From the NCBI GenBank assembly GCA_048013815.1, contig CM106585.1, forward strand, positions 18,290,001 to 18,354,000: 64,000 nucleotides of DNA, in the 5' to 3' direction. Of this stretch, positions 10,532 to 19,807 are shown in pieces; the first letter of the stretch is position 1, and each line of letters starts with the position of its first letter. Made by a program: the position numbers and the translations under genes. Source of the stretch: Setoptus koraiensis (taxonomy: Eukaryota > Animalia > Arthropoda). Under the pieces are notes generated by a model. It had not been told where the DNA came from, did not search any database, and saw only the letters and a program-made list of their open reading frames with translations.

Positions 10532-10758
10532 CGAGATTGGGAGATGATTGGCGCCGTTTCATTTGAATTTTCTTCGTGCGCCTGCGTCAAATTAGTGACG
10601 GAAGTCAAAGCACAGTCAAAGGCGTGAATGTTGGAAACTCATGCTCAGATCGAATGAAAAGTAAGCATGTTCTGATGCGAATTGTACTGAAGAATTCTAA
10701 TGGCAATTGACCACATTTATTATTTAGTTTGTATCCGTATCAACATATATCACTATTG
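10532..10758. repeat. Copy B of the ~230-bp direct duplication (between GPN3 and RPL7A)
   Basis: Aligns with 8232-8466, with substitutions and small indels. Confidence 0.9.
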
Positions 10759-10896
10759 TTAGATTATTTCGAGTCTGCCACATCTATTTGTAGACTTGAT
10801 AACGACGCCGACTATTAATAATTTAATTATTAATCTCACATAATAGATATCCTTGTATTTAAATTTTTGTATTGATCCATCACATCGCACATCATC

Positions 10897-12105
10897 ATGG
10901 TGGACGAAAAGAAAGGAGGCAAAGGCCCGCAAAAGGGACAAGGAGACAAAAAGAAGGCACCAGCGGCTCCTGCCGCCGCCTCTAAGAAGGAAAACACCAA
11001 ACCAACATCGGGTGGCGACAAAAAGGAGAAGAAGCAGCCAGCCCAAGCGACCAACCCCAAAGCTACAGCCCCATCAACTTCAGCCAAGCCGGCACCCCAA
11101 AAGAAGGACAGCAAGGCTGCTGCTACAGCATCAGGCAAGAAGGCTGCCAAGGTACCGGCCAAGAGTGCCCCAGTGGCAGCGGCGCCAGCCAAGTCTGCCG
11201 CAAAGAAAGGAGGCAAGAAGGAGATTTCTAAGCGTGCTAAAGTTGCTCCATTGCCAGAGGTGATTGCTGTGACCAAATCGGCCACTACAACAAGCCAACA
11301 GGCACCGGCGCGCAAATCGGCCGGTAGCAAAGGTACCGAAGCTGTTGTGCCCAAAAAATCTAAAGTCGATCCAATGATCATGAGAAGACCCAAGAATTTC
11401 GGTATAGGCGGAACTATTCAACCTAAACGTGATTTGACTCGCTTCGTTAAGTGGCCTCGCTACATCCGCATTCAGCGTCAACGTGCCGTCCTCTACAAGC
11501 GTCTCAAAATTCCTCCACCAATAAACCAATTCCGTAACTCACCTCTGAATAAGCAAACAGTGACACAAGTGTTCAAATTGTTACACTCTTACAGGCCTGA
11601 GACATCACAAGCTAAGAAGGAGAGACTGCGCAAATTGGCCGAAGCCAAAGCTGCTGGCAAGAAGGTACCAGTTGCCAACAGGCCACCAGTAGTTAGTTTC
11701 GGAACCAACGATGTTACTACATTGGTTGAAAAGAAAAAAGCCCAATTGGTAGTTATTGCTGCCGACTGTGACCCAATTGAAGTTGTTTTGCATCTGCCTA
11801 CCTTGTGCAGAAAGATGGGTGTACCCTACTGTATCATCAAAGGCGGCAGGCCCCGTTTAGGACATTTAGTGCACCGTAAGACATGCTCAGTAGTTGCATT
11901 AACTAAAGTCCTCCCCGAGGATAAACCTAAATTGGCCAAACTATTGGAAGTTGTAAAATCCTCATTCAACGATCGTTACGACGAAATTAGGCGCCAATGG
12001 GGTGGTGGTCAACTAGGTCCCAAATCTAAGGCAAGAAAAGCAAGACTAGACAAAGCTAAGGCCAAGGAATTGTCACAAAAAGTTGCAGCATCTGTGGCGC
12101 TTTAA
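10897..12105 (+). CDS. RPL7A: 60S ribosomal protein eL8/L7a with a long Lys/Ala/Pro-rich N-terminal extension, intronless, 402 aa
   Basis: [33 protein letters not shown] and [17 protein letters not shown] are unambiguous L7a motifs. The conserved core starts near residue 158. Confidence 0.97.
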   Translation: MVDEKKGGKGPQKGQGDKKKAPAAPAAASKKENTKPTSGGDKKEKKQPAQATNPKATAPSTSAKPAPQKKDSKAAATASGKKAAKVPAKSAPVAAAPAKSAAKKGGKKEISKRAKVAPLPEVIAVTKSATTTSQQAPARKSAGSKGTEAVVPKKSKVDPMIMRRPKNFGIGGTIQPKRDLTRFVKWPRYIRIQRQRAVLYKRLKIPPPINQFRNSPLNKQTVTQVFKLLHSYRPETSQAKKERLRKLAEAKAAGKKVPVANRPPVVSFGTNDVTTLVEKKKAQLVVIAADCDPIEVVLHLPTLCRKMGVPYCIIKGGRPRLGHLVHRKTCSVVALTKVLPEDKPKLAKLLEVVKSSFNDRYDEIRRQWGGGQLGPKSKARKARLDKAKAKELSQKVAASVAL

Positions 12106-12124
12106 TTAGCACAACATGAAAAAT

Positions 12125-12136
12125 AATAAATTTAAT
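12125..12136. terminator. Adjacent poly(A) signals AATAAA (+, 12125-12130) and ATTAAA (-, 12131-12136) between RPL7A and the Skp1-like gene
   Basis: AATAAATTTAAT in the 155-bp convergent spacer. Confidence 0.55.
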
Positions 12137-12260
12137 CCAAAAATTAATTGACTCTGCTGTTGCCCTTAGTAAATTTTGGTTATCCCAAGCCGCACCTGCC
12201 GCACTCTTATGAAAACTAATTGTGCTTGTTATCCAAGTCGTCTAAAGACGTACTGATCTA

Positions 12261-12794
12261 TCATTCTAGACCAATTTTGGCGCTCTCCATCTTTAGCTGA
12301 TGCTCCTCATCCTCCGAGAAATCATTCTCTATATTGAATCTCTCTCGGATTTCGCTGACAGAGGCCTTCTCGAGATCTTTGGCAATCAGACTACAACAAG
12401 CATTTAATAGACTTTTGACATCCAAATAACTAGCTGCGTTCAAAAGACGCTCAAGCTGTTGCCCTTTGAAGCCTCGTATAAAATTCTTGTCCCATTGAGA
12501 GAGTTCGTTAAAAGATGGCGTTTCATGTGACATACTTGTGTCATCTTTATGTTTCTTACTCCATTTTATAACTGCATCCAGTGTTTCTCCATCCACATTT
12601 GGCAGAAACAATGGCTCATTGGTAGTCATGGAATCATAGTTTAACTTGAGATTGTCCATCATGTCTTTAATCATGCATAGACAATGAACAATATCCTTCT
12701 CGACTATAAATAATTTTTTATCATTACTCATGAGATACAACTTTCCGTCTGAATCGACCTCCATCGTCTGAGGGACTTCTTCTAGGGAGGTCAT
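12261..12794 (-). CDS. Divergent Skp1-family protein, intronless, 177 aa
   Basis: LPNVDGETLDAVIKWSKKH, LSQWDKNFI, LLNAASYLDVKSLL, EIRERFNIENDF. Too divergent to call the SKP1 orthologue. Confidence 0.9.
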   Translation of the reverse strand: MTSLEEVPQTMEVDSDGKLYLMSNDKKLFIVEKDIVHCLCMIKDMMDNLKLNYDSMTTNEPLFLPNVDGETLDAVIKWSKKHKDDTSMSHETPSFNELSQWDKNFIRGFKGQQLERLLNAASYLDVKSLLNACCSLIAKDLEKASVSEIRERFNIENDFSEDEEHQLKMESAKIGLE

Positions 12795-12899
12795 TGTTTA
12801 GATTGAACCGAACAAGTTCATCTGAGAATCCAAGAATATTTTAACAAAGCAGTCTTCATTTATCTCAATTTAATGTAGTTGATTGCGATCAAAACATTT

Positions 12900-13058
12900 T
12901 ATGAGAGGTAGACTGGGCGTTGCAGTCCTGATCCGCGTGACCTCATCAAAGTAGATGATTTTTTGTCAGTTAGCCAAATGACTTACAGGTTGCAAGTTGC
13001 CGCCGACAATATCAGAAGAACAATACCCACGCAATGCATTCGAGATTTACCTCTCATA
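12900..13058. mobile_element. 159-bp element closed by an 11-bp inverted repeat with TA ends (candidate Tc1/mariner-type MITE relic or structured RNA)
   Basis: TATGAGAGGTA (12900-12910) and TACCTCTCATA (13048-13058) are exact reverse complements. Internal short stems GACTG/CAGTC and TCATC/GATGA. Confidence 0.3.
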
Positions 13059-13800
13059 CAGCGATCTATAATAAAATGGCCACTATACTAGACATTTGAT
13101 TTTAGCGTTATTACGATAATTAAAATGAGGTTTATATATGAAATAAGTTTGTTTGATTTATTTATTCAGGATTAAAAATTGATCACTATGCACACTGATA
13201 ATAATATAAAAAGCTAATCTATTTACTGGTAGTATTCAACAACAAAATATTGACATTATCACAATTGATTAAAGATGGACGATGTAGTCATCATTATTGA
13301 GCGAAATTAGTTGGCTCTCCCTAGGTGGTAGTAGTTCGGGTAGCTTTACGAGAATTCATGTAGCTTCTAAGTAGCTTGAATACCATCATGACGGACACTG
13401 TTGTTTATAGTTGATTGTTGTTATGCGATGGACCAAGGAAAAGATTAATCCCATGATGCAACAGTAATGGACAGCAATTGTGGGAAATAGCAAGTGAGCG
13501 ATATGGAAATAATTGCAATTGATTAGTTGACGTACATGAAGCTCTGGACGACTGTTGTTTATTATAGGCACAAGCAACTTACCTAAAGCGGACAATATTA
13601 TTATGAGTGAGGCTATTCCGCCAATTATGCCAATAATATTTTGATTGTTGCTAGTAACTGCGGCAGAATTAGTGTGCCAACCTAATAGTGATAGGAATTC
13701 GATGAATTAAATTTGTAGTTGATTATATTATCTTATGAATGCATGCATAGGTAAGTGGTTAGGATTATCGACCTTGGACAACAACAATCGGGTCTTCGCA

Positions 13801-13846
13801 GCTTGTTAGGTGGCAGCTTGTTAGGTGGCAGCTTGTTAGGTGGCAG
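13801..13846. repeat. 15-bp tandem repeat x3 (GCTTGTTAGGTGGCA)
   Basis: Three exact copies read directly. Confidence 0.95.
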
Positions 13847-14205
13847 AGCCATGACCGTTTTGTGTCTCTTATTTATCGGTATTTTGATTTCGTGATTGGT
13901 GGTCAGGCAATTAATTGTGATTAATTGTCTATGCGAACATCATGTCACTTTTTGACACTCACACACACAGTTAGTTGGTGGGCATGTTGTGTTATAAGTT
14001 ATTGGAGGCCATCGAAATTGGCCAGTTTCTCACTATTGTACCCAGTGGCACTGAGGAGTACGAACATCTCAGACTGCGAGCCAATCGCGTGTAGCAAGAT
14101 TTGACTACATCGGCTCGACGCGCCTTGTCGGGGGTCTCTTGTTTGGGTTCTTTCAGCGTGAGCTCACTTCCTCAAATCAATTCACTCCTGCTCGATGTAA
14201 ACATT

Positions 14206-14211
14206 TTTATT
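14206..14211 (-). terminator. Candidate poly(A) signal of the beat-like gene
   Basis: TTTATT on + about 400 nt past the candidate stop. Further candidates lie at 13157-13166. Confidence 0.35.
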
Positions 14212-14614
14212 GCGGACCACGTAATTAGCCGATACATGAGAGTTATTTGTGTGTGTGTAAGCGTTTCTGGAATTGGTTTGGATAAACATTTGGATAAACA
14301 AGCGCGAACACTGGACGCGATCTGATAGCGAGCACGGCACCGCTCAATTTGGCATTCATTTGAATAGCTTTGATCTGCATCAAGTTAATTGAGTGGCTTA
14401 TTCATTGATGTTTGTTGCGGAGCCATGCTAAAATCGCGAGCCAACAAAACATTCTTCAGTTTGTCATGTATCATGAGTTATCTCTCAATTGGAATGCCTG
14501 CCGGCCGGTTTGCAGCGACCGGCCAGCGGCGTTGCAGCGACCGGCCAGCGGCATTGCAAATTTATTGTCTCTCTGCGTGCGCCTACACTGCTCCAAATGC
14601 AGAGAGACTAACGG

Positions 14615-14838
14615 TCATCGGTCGGCCAATTGACGCCACCGACAATCTGACATGACCATCAACAGCGACAACCAGATGAGACAAGCAACAGATCGAAAGC
14701 GACAGATAACGGTCAAACAAGCCACGCGGACTAACTGAATTGTGATTTTGTTCAGCCATTTGGTGCCACCCGATACCTCGTAGTCGTAGTCGATATTCGC
14801 ATGTTTGACTGTTTGACTGTCGGACCCGAAACTGGTCA
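14615..14838 (-). CDS. Beat-like Ig protein, candidate exon 6 (hydrophobic C-terminus: TM or GPI signal)
   Basis: CAG acceptor at 14839-14840 is phase-1 compatible with exon 5. Encodes ...EVSGGTKWLNKITIQLVRVACLTVICRFRSVACLIWLSLLMVMS...stop. An alternative acceptor exists at 14870. Confidence 0.5.
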
Positions 14839-16483
14839 CTGGTCAGTGTGAGCGCGCCATGTGTTGGCGCTTTTGGGTATGAGTGCATCGCGTGGCGATG
14901 CAATTGGCCAGGTAATATAGTATTTATGGTACAGGCCATTTAATGGCTGTAACTGTCGCTTCAAGGACGAGCCTTAAATAGCGACACGGGCATCGATTGG
15001 TGTTGCCACTTGTCAGCTCGTTAAACAAGCAGACTGTTTGGCCAATTTATTATCTGAGAACATGGACCAAGACGGCCGGGCCGGCACACTAACAGACACT
15101 AACAGACACTAATAGAGACGTTGCGGATTGCAACCTGTTTGCCGCTCCAGCGGGCCACTTGGCAAAACTCGGCCAATTCGAAACGAACAAACCGCCGAAA
15201 AACGGCATAAATAAGTCGCCGGCTCGCAATCGATTTGGCCACTTGCTAACGATTGACAGCGGCAACATTAGCGCCAGTTAAATCACTCAAATGTATGCGA
15301 TATTAAATCATGCGACTGCGGGACTGGGCTACCCCCGGGCCCGGTCAGTGTCAACAAAGAAATGGCCCACTGGCCCGATGAGCGATGCGTGCCGTCGATT
15401 CTCACGCACTTGACCACTGCCGGCCGGAGCGGCCAGAGGGCGGCTAGAGGGCATCGCACGAGCGCCGGCGATTGCGAAGTTGCGCAAACGAGAAAATGCG
15501 AATGCGTTGTGAAAACGCGAAAATGAGAAAATGCGAAAATGCACTCGCGGTCCGCCGACACCGACGCACGGACTGGACAGTGCCGAGTCGACACAATGAA
15601 GCAAAGCAGCGAGGAGGCAAAAATGCAAATACGCAAATAGACAGAAATTCAGCATGCTGTTGCAAATGGTGCGGCACACGGGCACGGGCGGTGCCATATT
15701 CAGCAGGGCACCGTGTCCGAAAGTGTCTATCGGCCGGTCGACACGATAGACTCTCGGACAGGTAACAGCGGCCGATGATGACCAATCGAGGGCCTGTTGA
15801 CCAATGGATCGCGGCGTGGAGTGTTTATTTTGAGCGGCTGCCAATGGCCGCCATGGGCCGCCGATTGCAGCCGCTCGGCAATGAGCCATTGAGTAAACAT
15901 GGCGGAATCAACGGGCAGCGCCATTCGATGGTGTTGCTAATTTGCTTCGACAGTCATAACGCACCGTCGCGTTAAATCACGCGGCTCCGCGGGACACTCC
16001 GACAGCAACATTTTCACTCAAACAGCCGCTTGTTGCTAGTAACAATGCGTGGTGTTGCGGGCAATTCGCGCTGTGACGCAACACGCCCGGCGATAGTGGC
16101 AACGTGCCACTCGAGTGGCCACTTGCCTCTGGCCAATTTCTGGCCGACGGTTGACTGGTTTGCTGGGGCCAAGTGTCGGCCAAAAGCAGCCAGAAATTCG
16201 GCACCACCCATCGTCGGCAACGAGTGATCGATGGAGCGTTGTTTTGACCAGCAGGCGGCGCTGTCGGAACTGACCGCTCCTCGAGAGCCAGCGACAGGCC
16301 GGCAGTGAGCACACAATGACGAGGCGCAACAAGTGCACGACTCGCGAATTCCTGCCGGCTCCTCGAGTGACCAGCTCGAAGGTGTCGGCCGCAGTTCGGA
16401 CAGTTGGGCCGCTTGGCGCATCGTTTCGCGCTTGCTGCTCGGGCATTTGCATAACTGCTTACAGACTTGCCACGACATGTGCC

Positions 16484-16523
16484 AGTTATATAACAGTTAC
16501 GTGTCCGTAACTGTTATATAACT
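16484..16523. other. Perfect hairpin/cruciform, 18-bp stem and 4-nt loop, in intron 5
   Basis: AGTTATATAACAGTTACG-TGTC-CGTAACTGTTATATAACT. Confidence 0.9.
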
Positions 16524-16660
16524 AGCGCGTAGCAGCTCATACCCGGCCCGCGGTTGCGAGCGTCAGTTTTGCAAATGTTGTCGCGCCTGCATTGTGGCGC
16601 TTCTGTCGGGCGTGACGGGCCGCAGTCGGACACGGTCAGCCGGCCGGTCGGCGGTCAGTC

Positions 16661-16716
16661 GGCGCTCGGTAGTTGGTTGGCGCTCGGTAGTTGGTTGGCG
16701 GTCGGTAGTTGGTTGG
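16661..16716. repeat. 18-bp tandem repeat x3
   Basis: GGCGCTCGGTAGTTGGTT units. Confidence 0.9.
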
Positions 16717-18165
16717 AGGGCGTGCCGCGCCGTTGCAACGCAACGGCATTCGGACAGACGTAACTGTCCATGTGTCCAAATGTCCAAATGTCCCTGTGTC
16801 CAAATGTCCGAGCGGCCGAGCGGCATTCACCTGAGCGATAACGGTCACCCGAGTCCGTTGTCATTGCGAGCGCGGCTGTCCGGCATGCGCGTCGGGTGAG
16901 CGGGCCGGCGGGCCGCGGAGCACTCAGGCGCTGGAGTGGCTGTCAGCGATGGCCGGCGCGGTCGTTAAGTGGCCGGCGAGTTCTCACACACTTCAATTGG
17001 TCGGCGTGCATCGGCGCCCATTCAATGCCATTTCGAGCAGCAATATTCAAATGAGCCGTTGTGTGGCGAGCACGCCACTGGACGCCTTCGAAACATTGCG
17101 CCACTGGCCGCCGGTCGGCAGCGGAACGAGCGCCGGCCAGTCGGTCGCCCATCCATCAGTGGCTGTCACACCACAATACGTCCAGGTGAGACTCGGCTCA
17201 GGTGAGCAGCGGCGTGACAGCGCATTGGAGTGCTGCGGTAGCGTATAGGTGTGCGAATGCCGATGCGGCTCAATCAATTAGCGCTCACCTGTCGTGCGGT
17301 TGTTGCGCGGTTGTCGCGCGGTTGTTGCTGCTGGCTCGGAACAGCGTAGCGCGACCGGCCGTTGTGATGCGCATCGTGGGGACCCTCCACAAACTGTGCA
17401 AGGTGGCGCAAGATTGCGATGCACAATGCTCGGCACACAGTGCCGGTTGCGTCATACCGTTTCAGCTGGTCACCCACAACAGCGACACGACAGCGACACA
17501 ACAGCGATGCAACAGCGACAGCGACGGTGCCAGCGGCTGGTGCAGCGCTGGCGCCCCCGCAAATTAACAAATTCTCACAATTGCCAATTGTCAGCCAACG
17601 GAATTAATTGTGTGCGCCGGCGCGTAGAACAATAAAGTTGTGCGAAGCACAATTGGCGATTGTGCCAATAAACGAGCTCGCTGCAACAAGTGGCAGCAGT
17701 TGGCATGTCAGTGTTAATGTTAATGCAATTTGCGTTAACTGCCATTGCAATTATTATTGTGTTGCAATTAGCGATTGCCAGCGATTGGCCACAATTGTTG
17801 TTGCGGCCGCTGCCGGCGAGGAATGCGCGCAGGCTGCGACAAGGCGCCGATGCAGCCGCGAATCGCCCCTCGCCCCTCGAATCGTTCGAATGGCTCTCAA
17901 CTTGAGAGTGTCAGGCTGCCGGTCACAACAATAGGCGACCGTCGGTGAGCCCAGGCAATGGAAATAAAATGAAATGAGATAAAACGAGACTCGCGGCATG
18001 CCTATAGCATCATTGCACCCGATGCAGCCGATGCAAAGTGCAGCCGGCGCACCTCGACGTGGTCAAGTTGACGAGCTTCTCACACCTGTCGCGCCATCAA
18101 TTAGTCATGACCAATTGTCATGATCAATTAGTCATTGGCAGTGACCAGTCGGTGGCGCCACTATC

Positions 18166-18215
18166 GCACCATGTAGCACCATGTAGCACCATGTAGCACC
18201 ATGCAGCACCATGTA
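18166..18215. repeat. 10-bp tandem repeat x5
   Basis: GCACCATGTA units, one variant. Confidence 0.95.
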
Positions 18216-18286
18216 ACAGTATGCAAAATACCGCGATAGCTTGCGATCGAAAGACGCCAGGGGATAAGCGAAAAGTAGGTACGTAC

Positions 18287-18895
18287 CTCGTTGCAGGGCC
18301 AGGCTCTGTTGGCGCTTGTAGTGGGTGCCGGGAATTGTGAGCGAACACATGAAATTGGTGGCTATCTGACTGTTGAGGGTTTTGTCGTCGACAAAGGCGT
18401 GCGTTGTGACGTCCTGTTGGTCGCCCGGGGATAATGACGATGGGCTGTACACAGTGTTTGTGCGCGATTCTGGCATCAGTTCGGGAATCATGGCCGAACT
18501 GGATATCCAATTGGCGTGGTACAAATGATGCTGCCTGGTTGGTTGCTCGCCAGCCAGCTCGTTGACTTGACCGGTGACAGGCGAGTGGCCGCTCCTCAAC
18601 CGGAAGCCGCTGCTTCCGGTTGCGCGTGTCAACTTGCCGTAATTGGCCACCGTTGAGCTGCTGTCACCGACACCGACTGACAGCTCGTGCTCGCTGTTGG
18701 CGAGCTTGTTGTTGCTGTTTTGTTGGCGCTTGCTGTTGTAGGCGCCGCGATGCAGATGCACGTCGGGCTCGATGAACGACGACTTGTAACGGAACAACTG
18801 CAACTGGGGCCGGGGAAACAAACCAGAGGCCTTGCACGTCATGTTGTAGCCGCCCTTCACTTTGCTCACTTCGAAGCTGAACCGTTTCGCGGGCA
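18287..18895 (-). CDS. Beat-like Ig protein, exon 5 (second, C2-type Ig domain with a large insertion)
   Basis: YNMTCKASGLFPRPQLQLF...FMCSLTIPGTHYKRQ; acceptor GCAG at 18896, donor G|GTACGT at 18286; 609 nt, phase 1-1. Confidence 0.85.
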
Positions 18896-19730
18896 CTGCG
18901 CCGCGCATAACACAGCATATATCATGCACCATGCACCGTGCACCGTGCACCACGCACAATAACATTCACGTTTCGGGGCAAGTCCATTCAAGGGCATCGA
19001 CGCCGGCACCAGTATCCATGAATATTCACCGGTATTCGGGGGTGTTCACACATGGACATGGGTATTCGCGCGTAGTCATGGGTATTGACACGTCGACATG
19101 GGTATTCATGGCCAGTATTTAAATGTTCACCGGATGGTTCCAATTGCAGTCCACGGAATAGTTGAAATTCATATTATTGTCACATTATTCAGATCGATTA
19201 TCGCGTCATTTTTTGTGATCGTAGAGCATCGCGGGTTGCATTGGAGGACAGTGAGAGATTATAGAGAGATTATAGAGTCAGTCAGTGGGTTGTCAGCATG
19301 GCTAGATATGAATAGTGGATGCGTGGTAGTCGCGGAGGCCCCAAGCAGAGGCTCCCGCGCAAATTGGCACAATTTCTCGGCTCGCTGGCCGTCGTGTGCC
19401 TCGGTGCGGCACATGCGCAACAGGCTGTGCCAGACGGATATAGTGGATAAAATGGACAAAATGGTAAAGTGGATGAAATGGACAAGGTGGTAAAGTGGAT
19501 ATAGTGGCTCGACGTAGTGAATATGACGGGCCGTTAGGCGCTGTGAGCACTCAGGCGCAACCACTCGATCCGCTCGAGTCGAGCGTGATATATGGCTGGC
19601 AGCGAGATTGACAGACCGTTAGACGTTGGGTTGCATTGTCTTGTCTAGTTGTTGTGACAGTGGCGCCAGCGCCAATTACAAATCGCAATTTATTGATTTG
19701 ATACTCGCTCGGCGCACATCGCTCGAGTTC

Positions 19731-19807
19731 ACGCAACCGGACGCAACAAGACGCAGCAAAACGCAACAAGACGCAACTGGACGCAACTGGACGCAACTGG
19801 ACGCAAC
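19731..19807. repeat. 10-bp degenerate tandem repeat, about x8
   Basis: ACGCAACTGG/ACGCAACAAG units. Confidence 0.9.

Noticed and set aside
10532-10758. Duplicated segment as a box C/D snoRNA (vertebrate RPL7A hosts snoRNAs)
   Set aside because: No RUGAUGA box C with a terminal stem, and the CUGA words are not conserved in copy A.
12900-13058. Hammerhead ribozyme in the TA-bounded element
   Set aside because: The minus strand has UUGAUGAG plus a short stem but lacks the C3 and GAAA core residues.
13801-13846. Interstitial telomere (TTAGG)
   Set aside because: TTAGG occurs once per 15-bp unit, not as a (TTAGG)n array.
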